Shown: positions 1 through 6,922, counted from the first letter of the stretch. The stretch is DNA of 32,000 bases from Acidothermus cellulolyticus 11B (GCF_000015025.1 NC_008578.1:1290001-1322000); one strand, 5' to 3'. Translations and numbers: made by a program. Notes: generated by a model not told the origin, from the letters alone.

Positions 1-633
1 GCCGCGGGAGGGTACGACAAACGGTTTCGGCGGCGGCTCGGCGGCGTCCGGCAGGTTCACCGGCAATTTCGACGTTGCCCCCAGCGCGACGACAAGCAAT
101 GCGGCGTCGACGATGGCGAGATGAATCCGGGCGTCGAGCCCGGCGTGAGCGGCGGCGACTCCTACCGCCGAGCCGACGATGCCGCCGACGCTCCACATGC
201 CGTGCAGACCGGACATGATCGATTTGCCAAGGTCCCGCTCGACCGGAATTGCCTGGGCATTCATGGCCACATCGGCCATCCCGGAGGTCATGCCGTATAG
301 CAGGAGCAAGGGGATGAGTGCCGCGAGGTTCGGCGCGAGTACCGGGAGGGCACCGGCTATGCACCAGGCGGCCATGAGCACGCGGGTGGTACGGCGGCCG
401 CCGAAGCGGTGAAGCAGTCGGCTGGCGAACGGCATGCCGAGGAGCCCGCCGATCGCGCCGAAGAGCAGGGCGGCGCCGAGTGAGCCGGCGGAGAGGCCGA
501 GCCGGTCTTGCAGCCACGGAATGCGGGTTGCAAAGGTCGCGAACACCACGCCGTGAACCGCGAAGATGGTCGCGATGACGATCCGGGCGCGCTGAGCCGA
601 GAGGCGAGGTGGGGCTAGGAGTACCGGATCCAT
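1..633 (-). CDS. MFS-type transporter; the N-terminal 211 codons are in the window and the gene runs off the left edge
   Basis: Not in the ORF track because it is open at the window edge. My own minus-strand translation starts at the ATG at 633-631: MDPVLLAPPRLSAQRARIVIATIFAVHGVVFATFATRIPWLQDRLGLSAGSLGAALLFGAIGGLLGMPFASRLLHRFGGRRTTRVLMAAWCIAGALPVLAPNLAALIPLLLLYGMTSGMADVAMNAQ... This gives successive hydrophobic helices and an MFS loop 2-3-like RFGGRR motif. The frame stays open to position 1. Confidence 0.7.
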   Translation of the reverse strand, partial: MDPVLLAPPRLSAQRARIVIATIFAVHGVVFATFATRIPWLQDRLGLSAGSLGAALLFGAIGGLLGMPFASRLLHRFGGRRTTRVLMAAWCIAGALPVLAPNLAALIPLLLLYGMTSGMADVAMNAQAIPVERDLGKSIMSGLHGMWSVGGIVGSAVGVAAAHAGLDARIHLAIVDAALLVVALGATSKLPVNLPDAAEPPPKPFVVPSRG

Positions 634-684
634 AGGGTCACCAGTCTGCCCGGTGCATGCGTCGCTTCCGCGTGGGGTCGGCGA

Positions 685-813
685 GGCTGCGGCGGGAAGA
701 ACATGGCGGCACCCGCCCGGCCGCGGAAGCTAGGCGCCACCGGCGGCGGAGGCTGGCAAGGCAAACTCGGCGGGGCTGCGGCGGGAAGAACATGGCGGCA
801 CCCGCCCGGCCGC
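685..813. repeat. Perfect 40-nt direct repeat (685-724 and 774-813, period 89 nt) in the divergent intergenic region
   Basis: GGCTGCGGCGGGAAGAACATGGCGGCACCCGCCCGGCCGC was read identically at both positions. It lies between the MFS start (633, minus strand) and the 943 ORF (plus strand). Confidence 0.9.
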
Positions 814-942
814 AGATCGGATTGCGAGCATGGCTGACCGGGCGAAGTCGGTTGTAACGCCACGGGGAGTGCGGACGGTTTCACCGGCGAAGCCTGCCCG
901 ACAGCCGCCCCACCGGCGGTGCAGCTCCGAAGGAGGACCAGC

Positions 943-1596
943 GTGTTCAAGCTCTCCATCCTGGCCGGCAATGTGAAAGTTGCGGCGATTGCAGCCGCCG
1001 TCGTTGCCGTAGGGGGTGGCGGTACGGCGGTCACGTTGTACACCGCATCATCGAACTCGTCCGGTGTCGTGGCCGCCCAGGCGAGCGACTCAGGGTCGGC
1101 ATCGGCCTCCGTGTCGCCGTCCGCGACAGCAACGCCGTCGACGTCGGCTTCAGAAACACCGACGTCATCGCCCTCGACCACGCCGAGCGGGTCAGCGAGC
1201 CCGACCAGTTCACCGTCGCCGTCCGCGAGTGGGTTTGTGCTGCCAAGTTGTAGTCCCGGTGAGAACCACGGCTCGTACGTCTCCGACGTCGCTCACAGCG
1301 CGCCGCGCGGCGAACAGGCGCACGAGAGTGGTGAGCCGAACCATGGTTCGTGGGTGTCGCAAGCCGCTCATTCCGAGTGCGGCTTCGCTGAGGCATCGGA
1401 GCATGCGTCGGAGAGCGCCGAACCCAGCGAATCAGAGAGCCCCGAGCCGAGTGAGTCCGCAGAGGAAACCGAATCAGCCGAGCCCGAAGCATCGGCCGGA
1501 GCCGAGATTGGCGTCTGTGCATCACTGGGCGTCGGGTCTGATCACGGATCGCACCACGGTCATGGCGACGAGCAAGCCTGTGGCGGAGGCGACTGA
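943..1596 (+). CDS. Secreted or membrane-anchored Ser/Thr/Pro-rich low-complexity protein with a His-rich tail
   Basis: The ORF track gives 919..1596. I prefer the in-frame GTG at 943 because AGGAGG (931-936) lies 6 nt upstream. It has an N-terminal hydrophobic segment (FKLSILAGNVKVAAIAAAVVAV) and a long S/T/P/A tract. It also has two NHGS[YW]VSxxAHS motifs, acidic SAEPSESESPEPSE repeats and the tail GSDHGSHHGHGDE. Third codon positions are G/C-rich. Confidence 0.6.
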   Translation: MFKLSILAGNVKVAAIAAAVVAVGGGGTAVTLYTASSNSSGVVAAQASDSGSASASVSPSATATPSTSASETPTSSPSTTPSGSASPTSSPSPSASGFVLPSCSPGENHGSYVSDVAHSAPRGEQAHESGEPNHGSWVSQAAHSECGFAEASEHASESAEPSESESPEPSESAEETESAEPEASAGAEIGVCASLGVGSDHGSHHGHGDEQACGGGD

Positions 1597-1760
1597 GGTC
1601 GTCCGGCGCGGGCTGGGTGCGGCGCGTGGCTCGGGCGCCGCGTATCTCGGTTACGCCGTCCGTGACCACGTAGTTCACGCGACGTAGCCGACCGCGTCGC
1701 GGGGAGCCGGCGGGGCACGAGGATTCGTGCACGCCGCGGAGTCGTACCAACCGCCCTCCC

Positions 1761-1843
1761 TTTCCCGAGCCCGCGCCTTCCGAGCTCCCGCTCTTCCCAA
1801 GCCCGCTTTCTTCCGAGTCGCCGTTCTTCTCGATCTCCCGTCC
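1761..1843. repeat. Five degenerate tandem units of 16-17 nt (TTCC-GAG-C-CCGC-type) on a pyrimidine-rich strand
   Basis: The units read tttcccgagcccgcgcc / ttccgagctcccgctc / ttcccaagcccgctttc / ttccgagtcgccgttc / ttctcgatctcccgtcc. No credible ORF covers the array. Confidence 0.75.
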
Positions 1844-1858
1844 GCAAACACCCCTCCG

Positions 1859-1896
1859 CCTGCGGGGGCCGGTTCACCCGAACCGGCCCCCGCAGG
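1859..1896. repeat. Perfect 16-bp inverted repeat with a 6-nt loop (hairpin; possible terminator or boundary element)
   Basis: cctgcgggggccggtt (1859-1874), loop cacccg, aaccggcccccgcagg (1881-1896). There is no clear U-tract on either strand, so a terminator role is uncertain. Confidence 0.85.
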
Positions 1897-2420
1897 CATG
1901 TCAGGAACTCCTATGACAGGCCGGCACGGATGACGTGGGGGAGTCGAGGCACCTTGAGCTGTGAGTGAAAGCTGTGTCCTTGCACCGGCGTCACCGAATG
2001 TATGCAATGCGCGCCAATGGACCACCGTTCCGTGAACGGCGAATCGCCTCCACAGATACGACACCGCTTGCCTCGATCGGCTTACAGATTCTTCATAAAT
2101 CCAGCCCGCCACCGCGCGCCACGCGGTAGGCTGACGCCGGCCTGACCGACCAACGGCGCGAAATGGTGCTTCACAAAGGCGAGGGTAGCGATGACTCCTC
2201 GATACTGACCCCGTACGGGCACCGGACGAGGTGGGCGGACGAATGCAAACAAGCCCTGAGCATTCGCTCTTATCGTGAGCAACAAGGCAGAACTGACAAC
2301 TGGTCACCTGGACGGGACGATGCGAGACGCGCGTCGCGGTACGTCTTCGTGATCGGCACCTTTCGAGCGATTCACGGCAGGTCTGGGAAGTAAGAGAGGA
2401 AACTACGGAACGAGGGAACC

Positions 2421-4097
2421 GTGACTACATCTCCTTCAAATGAGATGTCGACACTTGTCAAGCGCCTCACATTGGGGCGAGTCAGACGGTTCTTCACACC
2501 ACCAGAAGAACAGGCATTAGTAGACGGCGCACGCGCTTACTTGACCGGCGACGAGGAGCTCGCCCTTGAGCACCTCGGCAAAGCAGTAAAGCTACCCGAT
2601 GCTGCGTATCTCGCCGGGCTTCTCGCACTCAACAACGCACAATTCGACAATGCCGCCACATGGCTCACCTCAGCCCTCGAACGACACAAGCAACTCGGCC
2701 GGTATTTAGCCAAATATCGCGTGAACGTTACTGTTCTAATCCCAATAGGTAAGCTGGTTGCCGTCCCGATCACACCAAATCAGCGCGGCGTCCTCTTGAG
2801 CCTGGCGGTCCTGTATCGGCAGCGGGAGCAATGGGACGAGGCTATATCACGCGCCGAGAAGCTCCTCGACCTCGACCCTGCAGATATGAGTGCCAGACTT
2901 TGTCTAGCGGATATTTTGTTGGAGGCGCGTCCTTCCACTGAACACAATTTTCGGCGTGTCGTTTCGCTGATCCCTGACCTCGATGAGGTAACTGCGCTAC
3001 ACGGTGCGCTCCTGCTGTGTCGCGCCAGAGCGCTACACAAACTAGGATTACTTGAGGCAGCGCATGACGCGCTAAACGCTATGATTCGACGCAAGGTTAA
3101 CCGACCAACGGAACTTCAACGTGCTCTTCGCTACGAAAGAGCCTGCCTCTATGACAAAATGGGTCAACATCGACGAGCCCGTGTCGAATGGGAGAAGCTC
3201 TATGCGGAGGACCCTGACTACGCTGACGTCGCAGATCGACTGCACGCGACGAATCATCCGGCATCTACGTCTCGCCACGCGAACGGGCGCAAAGCCGAAC
3301 CTCCACCGACGCCTTCATCCCAGGACTCACCGTCGGACATCAGTAATCTCGACACCAGCGGTCGTCGGCACCGAGACGAGGTAACGCACGGAACTACCAT
3401 CCGTAACAATGATCAGTCTTTCGACTTGCCCTCCCACGGTGGCCAGGTGGACGGCTCAACCACAGCTTCGAGGGTGCGACGCACCGATGATGACCACGAC
3501 GGATATCGGATTGAGGTTATGAGTCAAGATGTGACTCCTGACTTTCTCCGTTATATCTATTCTACAGGAAAGGCGGGATGGGATATCGAAACGACCGGTC
3601 TCAACTGGTACGCGGATCGCATTTGCACGGTACAACTCGCGTGCGGAAATCGAGTTGCCGTCGTTCAACTACCCGAAGGTCATACTCCGCAACGACTTTC
3701 ACAAATTCTGGGTGACCAGAACATCCTAAAGATCTTTCACAATGCCCGATTTGACCTACGATTCATGGTATACCACTGGTCAGTAATTCCGCAAAACGTC
3801 GCATGCACACTTGAGCTTGTTCGCTTGCTCAATCCGCGAGAACGGGCGGGTCACACCCTGCGTGAAGTTCTCGAGCGCTATCTCGCCGTCCAGATAATCA
3901 AAGATCAGACATGCTCCGACTGGACGACTGCACAGCTCACACAAGAGCAAATCCGGTACGCTACAAACGATGTTCGCTATCTACCGGTGCTCTTCGACCT
4001 GCTGATGAACATGGCTCGCGAGCGTCGGCTCGAGGAAGCGGCGATGCGCCGATTCCGCCAAATGCTCAAAGACGTCTTCACGTTCAGATATCCCTAA
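2421..4097 (+). CDS. TPR-like repeat protein fused to a DEDDy (RNase D / DNA_pol_A_exo1-type) 3'-5' exonuclease domain
   Basis: From the ORF track; the GTG at 2421 is preceded by GAGGGA (2412-2417). About 290 aa at the N-terminus form helical repeats (LAVLYRQREQWDEAISRAEKLLDLDPAD; ACLYDKMGQHRRARVEWEKLYAEDPDYADVADRL). An S/T/P/D/R-rich linker of about 90 aa follows. The C-terminal about 190 aa carry ExoI WDIETTGL, ExoII IFHNARFDLRF and ExoIII YATNDVRYL. Codon usage is atypical (A/T-ending codons) for this window. Confidence 0.85.
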   Translation: MTTSPSNEMSTLVKRLTLGRVRRFFTPPEEQALVDGARAYLTGDEELALEHLGKAVKLPDAAYLAGLLALNNAQFDNAATWLTSALERHKQLGRYLAKYRVNVTVLIPIGKLVAVPITPNQRGVLLSLAVLYRQREQWDEAISRAEKLLDLDPADMSARLCLADILLEARPSTEHNFRRVVSLIPDLDEVTALHGALLLCRARALHKLGLLEAAHDALNAMIRRKVNRPTELQRALRYERACLYDKMGQHRRARVEWEKLYAEDPDYADVADRLHATNHPASTSRHANGRKAEPPPTPSSQDSPSDISNLDTSGRRHRDEVTHGTTIRNNDQSFDLPSHGGQVDGSTTASRVRRTDDDHDGYRIEVMSQDVTPDFLRYIYSTGKAGWDIETTGLNWYADRICTVQLACGNRVAVVQLPEGHTPQRLSQILGDQNILKIFHNARFDLRFMVYHWSVIPQNVACTLELVRLLNPRERAGHTLREVLERYLAVQIIKDQTCSDWTTAQLTQEQIRYATNDVRYLPVLFDLLMNMARERRLEEAAMRRFRQMLKDVFTFRYP

Positions 4098-4228
4098 CGC
4101 CAAACCTTCGTCGTGGTCGGACCGCCAACCGGCTAACGCCAAGGACGAGTGCACTCGCCACCGCGCCACTAGCGGACCCGGCCGACCGCCAACGACGTAC
4201 GACGCCCCACCACGCGACTGCGCCCCTG

Positions 4229-4313
4229 TGTCCGAGGGGGGACTTGAACCCCCACGCCCTCAACGGGCACTAGCACCTCAAGCTAGCGCGTCTGCCTATT
4301 CCGCCACCCGGAC
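4229..4313 (-). tRNA. tRNA-Leu, anticodon GAG, class II (long variable arm), no encoded CCA
   Basis: I folded it by hand from the reverse complement GTCCGGGTGGCGGAATAGGCAGACGCGCTAGCTTGAGGTGCTAGTGCCCGTTGAGGGCGTGGGGGTTCAAGTCCCCCCTCGGACA. The 7-bp acceptor stem is GTCCGGG/CTCGGAC with one G-U pair. The anticodon stem is CTAGC/GCTAG with loop TTGAGGT. The variable arm is GCCC-GTTGA-GGGC, the T-arm is GGGGG-TTCAAGT-CCCCC, and the discriminator is A. Confidence 0.9.
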
Positions 4314-4639
4314 CTCTCCCCGGCCGGACGTCGGCGTCGCGAAGACCGGCCGACGTGCGGGGATCGGCGTACACGATACCGCATAGTCGAGCAACCCTTC
4401 GCGCGCATACCCGAGCCGCCAGGCAGGAGAGACCCAACGGTACGCCGACTGGAATCGCCGGGTCGCACGAACGGATCATCAGCCGGGCCGGAGCTGGCAG
4501 GAAGGTGGGCATGAATCACGCGGCGCGGACGACCCGGCGCAGCAACCACCCGCCACACCCGTGGCCTCACCAAACGCTCCCGCATGATCGGCTAGGGTAG
4601 GTGAGGCCAGCATAAGCGCGAGAAGACTCTCCGGCGTGG

Positions 4640-4950
4640 CAGCCGGACGGCGGGGGAGACCGGAACACCAGACGAGGCCCGCCGCAGCGCCGGGGAGGCC
4701 GGAACATGGCCGCGCCGGGGGAGCCCGGAGTAGGCGGGTCGGGACAGGACCAGCACAGTCCCGCCAGAGACGCCATGACGCCGGCCCGCCGGAGGACGCC
4801 GTGACGCCGCGGCGCCGCGGAAGCCAAAGCCGCGCCGCCGGCCCGCCGGGGAAGCCGGAGGTCGCCAGCGCAGTCCCGCCGGGGACGCCGCGGCGCCGCG
4901 GAAGCCAAAGCCGGCAAGCCGGCGCCGGTATACCAGAGTGACCGGAACAG
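4640..4950. repeat. Cluster of GC-rich degenerate direct repeats in a roughly 680-nt intergenic region
   Basis: A 29-nt perfect repeat, GACGCCGCGGCGCCGCGGAAGCCAAAGCC, occurs at 4803-4831 and 4884-4912 and contains the 14-nt palindrome CCGCGGCGCCGCGG. CAGTCCCGCC occurs at 4756 and 4871. A CCGGAACA...GGCCCGCC motif occurs near 4650, 4699 and 4944. Confidence 0.8.
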
Positions 4951-4990
4951 GCCCGCCAGAAACCGGGTCAGACCACCAGGGGAGCCGCCG

Positions 4991-6280
4991 ATGACCACCA
5001 CCGCCGAAGCTGAAGTCGTCGACCTCTGCGCCGAGCTCATCCGCATCGACACCTCCAACCCCATCAAGCCGGAGCGGCCGGCAGCCGAGTACGTCGCCGC
5101 CAAACTTGCCGAGGTCGGCCTGACCCCGACGATCCTCGAATCCGAGCCCGGACGGGCCAGTGTCGTCGCGCGCATGCCCGGCGCCGACCCCGGCCGGCCG
5201 GCGCTCCTCATCCACGGACACCTCGACGTCGTCCCCGCCGACCCGGCCGATTGGCAGGTGCACCCGTTCTCCGGGGAAATCAAGGACGGTTACCTGTGGG
5301 GTCGCGGCGCCATCGACATGAAGGACATGGACGCCATGGTCCTGGCCGTCGTCAGGGACCGCATGCGCACACGACGCCCGCCGGCACGGGACGTCGTCCT
5401 GGCCTTCGTCGCCGACGAAGAGGCCGGCGGCGGCAAGGGCGCCCGGTTTCTCGTGGACAATCACCGCGACCTCTTCGACGGGTGCACCGAATCCATCAGC
5501 GAAGTCGGCGGATTCTCCATTGACCTCAATGGAACCCGGCTCTACCCCGTCCAGACCGCCCAGCGCGGCATGACGTGGCTCAAATTGACAGCGACGGGCC
5601 GGGCAGGACACGGAAGTCTGGTCAACGACGCGAATCCGGTCACTGCCCTCGCCGAAACCGTCGCCAGAATCGGCACTTACGACTGGCCGGTCCGCGTCAC
5701 CCCCTGCACCCGCGAATTCCTCACCGCACTCGGCGCCGCACTCGGCGAACCGATAGACCCCGACAATCTCTCTGCCCTCGCCCCCCGTCTCGGTTCGGTC
5801 ACCGCCCTCGTCGCATCGACCCTCCGGAACACCGCCAACCCCACCATGCTCGAAGCCGGTTACAAGGTGAACGTCGTACCGCAAACGGCCAACGCCTACA
5901 TCGACGGCCGCTACCTTCCCGGATATCGCGAGGAATTCCTCACCACCATTGAGAAACTGCTCCATCCGCGGGTCCGATACGAAATCGTCCACGACGACGT
6001 TGCGCTGGAAAATCCCTGGTCCGGTCCGCTCGTCGACGCCATGGTCACCGCACTCACCGCCGAAGACCCGGACGGAAAACCGATTCCGTACTGCCTATTC
6101 GGCGGCACCGACGACAAGTCCTTCTCCCGGCTTGGCATTACCGGATACGGGTTCTCGCCACTTCGGCTTGCACCCGACCTCGATTTCGCCGGCATGTTCC
6201 ACGCCGTTGACGAACGGGTCAACATTGCGGCGCTGCAATTCGGCGTCCGCGTCCTCGACCGGTTCCTCGACCTGTGCTGA
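4991..6280 (+). CDS. M20/M25/M40-family metallopeptidase (ArgE/DapE/CPG2-like)
   Basis: From the ORF track. Motifs seen: LIHGHLDVVP, GRGAIDMKD, VADEEAGG. AGGGGAG lies about 7 nt upstream of the ATG. Third codon positions are strongly G/C-rich. Confidence 0.9.
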   Translation: MTTTAEAEVVDLCAELIRIDTSNPIKPERPAAEYVAAKLAEVGLTPTILESEPGRASVVARMPGADPGRPALLIHGHLDVVPADPADWQVHPFSGEIKDGYLWGRGAIDMKDMDAMVLAVVRDRMRTRRPPARDVVLAFVADEEAGGGKGARFLVDNHRDLFDGCTESISEVGGFSIDLNGTRLYPVQTAQRGMTWLKLTATGRAGHGSLVNDANPVTALAETVARIGTYDWPVRVTPCTREFLTALGAALGEPIDPDNLSALAPRLGSVTALVASTLRNTANPTMLEAGYKVNVVPQTANAYIDGRYLPGYREEFLTTIEKLLHPRVRYEIVHDDVALENPWSGPLVDAMVTALTAEDPDGKPIPYCLFGGTDDKSFSRLGITGYGFSPLRLAPDLDFAGMFHAVDERVNIAALQFGVRVLDRFLDLC

Positions 6281-6527
6281 CCGCGTGGCGCCGAGCCAGT
6301 CCGCCGCCGGATCTCACGGGTCCGACAGCGGACGTTGCGGATGCGGCGTTATGCCGCTGAACGAGACCCAAGCCTCCACCGGATCCCACGGCTGTGACAG
6401 GCCGCGCGCGAGCGCAAGGCGCCGCAGCCTCCCATGCCGGCAAACGCACGCTGCCGACCGTCCCCAAGCGGCAAACGACTCGCGCCGGACGCCGCCGGCC
6501 GATACCGTGTACTCCGTGACCGACGAC

Positions 6528-6824
6528 ATGCCGGTGAGCCCTGCGGACGTCCGGTCCGCCGCGGAAGCGCTGAAAGCCGCCATCGACACCCACCTCGCCG
6601 CCGTCGAGAACCGGTCCGGCGAGAACGACCCACGGGTCCAGCAGGCGTACGACGCATTAGCCGCGGCAGCCGAAACGTACGACGACCTGCTCTTCTCGGC
6701 GTACGAGGAAGTCACCCCGTTCGGGCCGTCCGACGTCGACGAGGACGATGACGAAGACGACGTTGACGAGGACGACGACGCCGGGTTCGGCGACGACCTC
6801 GAATGGGAACCGGACAGCCGCTGA
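6528..6824 (+). CDS. Small, highly acidic hypothetical protein (C-terminal D/E tract)
   Basis: This is the C-terminal part of track ORF 5949..6824. The upstream part of that ORF overlaps the M20 gene and is R/S/T-rich junk. From the ATG at 6528 the sequence reads MPVSPADVRSAAEALKAAIDTHLAAVENRSGENDPRVQQAYDALAAAAETYDDLLFSAYEEVTPFGPSDVDEDDDEDDVDEDDDAGFGDDLEWEPDSR. GC3 is high. In-frame GTGs at 6507 and 6516 are alternative starts. Confidence 0.5.
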   Translation: MPVSPADVRSAAEALKAAIDTHLAAVENRSGENDPRVQQAYDALAAAAETYDDLLFSAYEEVTPFGPSDVDEDDDEDDVDEDDDAGFGDDLEWEPDSR

Positions 6825-6922
6825 GCGACGCACCCATCCGCCTGGCAGAGCTTGTCGACGCAGCGGCCGACAGTTAATCCGGCCGGCAGGTCGCAGAAGC
6901 CAGCGCGGCTCGCCGATCACCC

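Noticed and set aside
1761-1843. The possibility that the tandem arrays (here, at 685-813 and at 4756-4912) are CRISPR arrays
   Set aside because: The units are contiguous or separated by non-unique GC-rich filler. There are only 2-5 copies, the repeat lengths and periods are not CRISPR-like, and no cas genes are present (the Cas4-like nuclease at 23 kb is a standalone backbone gene).
1933-1952. A CGTGGGGGAGTCGAGG string resembling the tRNA-Leu T-arm (CGTGGGGGTTCAAGTCC), considered as a possible att site
   Set aside because: It matches the tRNA in the opposite orientation, so it cannot be a direct attL/attR repeat. The similarity is short (8 identical nt and then divergence).
1675-2307. A 210-aa minus-strand ORF spanning the tandem array, the hairpin and the AT-richer leader
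   Set aside because: It crosses a perfect hairpin and a tandem repeat. The composition changes midway, and there is no motif or ribosome-binding site.
2163-2393. The 76-aa ORF upstream of the TPR-exonuclease gene as a confident CDS
   Set aside because: It has no Shine-Dalgarno sequence, mixed codon bias and no recognisable motif. It is kept only as a hypothesis in the findings.
4636-4941. A 101-aa plus-strand ORF inside the GC-rich repeat cluster (repeated TPRRRGSQSR)
   Set aside because: Its periodicity is simply the DNA repeat read through. It has extreme Arg/Pro/Gly content, no Shine-Dalgarno sequence, and all frames are similarly open.
4592-5992. A 466-aa minus-strand ORF and a 238-aa ORF (4567..5283) overlapping the M20 peptidase gene and the repeat spacer
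   Set aside because: They are antisense to a gene with clear catalytic motifs. The translations are Gly/Arg/Pro/Val-rich with no recognisable domain, which is the typical open antisense frame of high-GC DNA.
5949-6527. The N-terminal 193 codons of track ORF 5949..6824
   Set aside because: This part overlaps the 3' end of the M20 gene in another frame and is Ser/Thr/Arg/Pro-rich. Only the C-terminal acidic 98-aa part downstream of the M20 stop has coding-like codon bias.
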